Source: Ruditapes philippinarum
Lineage: Eukaryota
Length of the DNA: 64,000 bases
Assembly: GCF_026571515.1 (NCBI RefSeq)
Contig: NW_026862005.1
Span: 186,001 to 250,000, forward strand
Reading direction: 5' to 3'
This document shows, piece after piece, positions 61,743-64,000 of the stretch; positions within the stretch are counted from its first letter, which is position 1, and every line of letters begins with the position of its first letter. The position numbers and the translations under genes were made by a program. Below the pieces are notes generated by a model. It saw only the letters and a list, made by a program, of their open reading frames with translations. It searched no databases and was not told the origin of the DNA.

Positions 61743-62949
61743 CTTTTGGAACATTAAGTGGTACAAATGCTGAAAGTGAATTGGTTATATTTTATAAGGT
61801 ATGAAAAAGGTTGTATTATATGCAGTCGGTCAAAAATGCTCGTAAAAGCTTATGTTGTATTTGCCAGTCACTACACTAGTGCGTAAAAGGAATTTTCTTT
61901 GCCCTGTTTGCAGACCCACTGAAAAAAATGCCACAAACTTTGCATTAATTTTTATGGTTTCTTAATGTAATAGTCTGTAAATTGTAACACTGAACTGGGA
62001 TGAGTTTTTCAGTCGTCACACATTTACTGGCGTGAAAAAAGCCGATCGCTTGTCTACTTTTCCTTTTTTTCTTATAAAAATCTACACTTCTTCATAAAAA
62101 TTGAAGATTATGTCTCAGGCATTATGTAACCATAGTTTTAACGTTCTTTATTGTTTTCTTTTCAATTTACATCAGACCAGAAACACACATTTTAAGTATT
62201 TAAAATCAACGCGCATATTCCGGTGCCTGTCCGTATTTTAGCCGATACCATTCATTTCAGTGTAAACTAAATACAAATGTACTCGGATATTATCCGTGGT
62301 CCCTTCGCTCCCTTTTTACGGCATTATTTCTTATAACTGTGTTTTTTGAATTTATTATGAAACGTGACAGATGTATGAGTGTGTTGTTTTATAGTAAGGG
62401 CAAATAGAAATTTTAGATTAACAGTACTTTATCATTAAAAAACCACGTTGTATTTTACGGATTTCATTCGCTGAGGAACTACACATGCCTTTTTCTTTTC
62501 TTTATTGTCGATTTAATGCATACTTATATCAACGATACAAATGAAAATATTGAACATAAATCATTATAATGTCCGTGAAACAAAGCACATTTATGAGATT
62601 TTTCATCGGTTTTCTGCACCTCGCTTATTTGTATTCCGAAAGAAACCGGTGCTTACACCTAAGTAGAGGAGGTGTTTTGGTTAACCCTCGTGAAATCTTA
62701 ACTTGAGGACAAGTAAATGTACTCAGTTACAAGAAATATTTAAGATTGTTAAGGATTTAAGTTTCAAGATTAAATATATGTAATAAATTAGTTTTACCTT
62801 TTTATGTTCCTTCTTTATAATGAAAATATAGTCACTGTTAATTATTATCTATGTTAACATCATATATATCGTTTGTGTGCTTTTTAATTGAAATGTTTAA
62901 TTATATTGTTAACGATAACGCATAGCTATGTTTACTGTTTAGTGATAAA

Positions 62950-63893
62950 CACCACGCTGATAAACAATGGGTACAAAGTTTATATTTACACTGTCAGTAA
63001 AGATAAAATTACGATAATGCACAAGGGCAAATATGGTCGTGTGTATGTACGTTTATCCATAATATCTTCATAAAGTTTTCTTCCTTTCATTCCATATATG
63101 ATCGTTAATTTCCGCATCATTTGTTTTACAGTTCTTTAAAGAAGCATGCTTTGGTCTAATTTTATGAATTTTTCTAAAGACATTGTCAACTGAAAAAGAA
63201 AGAAAATAATTTACATAAATTGTAAAACAGCACTTGCAATCCACATAAATTAACAGATGACAAAATAAGCAAAATATCTTTTACTCCGTTTATGACGCTT
63301 ATTTGCACATCGCCCCTTCTGTTATATTTTGAAGACACGGAGGTTATCAATTTTTTGGCATTAATTGGGGTATTAATTTGTTTAATAAACGGGCATACAC
63401 CGTTTTATTTTTTTTTTACAAAATAATTCACAGTTGTCATAAATCACATTTTAGTCAAACAGTTAAATTGAGTGTGTACTTATGGTATCAAAAAAGGTCG
63501 TGATCGATTAACAAGGGGAATTGTGTTGGGCCTCAATAGATGTCTCATTTCAGACAATATAAAGAATTTATTTGAATTTTAAATGAATCACAATTTTCAT
63601 AAATTATATGAGCATTAATTATCCGAACACGTGAACAAAAAGTGAGTTGAATATAACATAGTTTGATATAATCAGAGCACCGTATGAAAAGGTCTCAAAG
63701 AAAACCAATATTTTCAAATGTTTATTTTATATTTAACAATTTTGACTAGCAAGTATAGTGGTTCGTTATACCCAAATTTGTTTCAAAAGATACAGGTATA
63801 AATTTATTCAAATAAATTACAGATACATTATGAAAATCCTCTTCTGACCTTGAGATTTTTTTCACATTTGAATTCAAACCGACATCAGAATTT
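62950..63893. repeat. Copy of the paralog-7 3' flank
   Basis: Collinear with 51540-52440. Confidence 0.85.
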
Positions 63894-63894
63894 A

Positions 63895-64000
63895 CAGTGG
63901 CGGATTCAGGCCCGGGCTTCAGGGCTGCAGCCCCCCCAGCTTGGCCCAAAGATACGTTTACCAGCTGGGCTGGAAAATATTTTTGTCAGTTTCAAACTTT
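63895..64000. mobile_element. Left end of a GC-rich non-autonomous DNA element (hAT-like), running off the window
   Basis: Starts CAGTGGCGGATTCAGG..gggctgcagccccccc where homology to 52440 breaks off, so the paralog shows the empty site. Confidence 0.55.

Overview
AT-rich eukaryotic DNA, most likely from a bivalve mollusc (inferred from the gene family and repeat types, not proven). The window is dominated by a head-to-tail, minus-strand tandem array of RING-less TRIM-like genes with the layout B-box1, B-box2, coiled coil, NHL-like beta-propeller, each with one coding exon. Five copies are cleanly intact (12286-14037, 18916-20658, 34304-36046, 41235-42974, 47662-49731). One is open but carries a compensated frameshift through B-box1 (58566-60338). 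One has a single in-frame TAG with an intact downstream frame (6064-7806). One is a multiply disrupted pseudogene (52624-56212), and there are two fragmentary relics (28252-28470, 50591-51101). Paralogous flanks indicate a ~20-22 kb tandem duplication plus a second two-gene duplication, with patchy mosaicism between copies. Intergenic DNA holds several non-autonomous elements: TIR MITEs, a MITE-derived 21-bp minisatellite, a TSD-flanked Tx1/CR1/SINE-tail chimera and a probable P-type excision footprint. It also holds three unrelated families of long hairpins that share strand-specific tandem G.A mismatches. No rRNA, tRNA or CRISPR was seen. Repeat boundaries were aligned by eye and are approximate.
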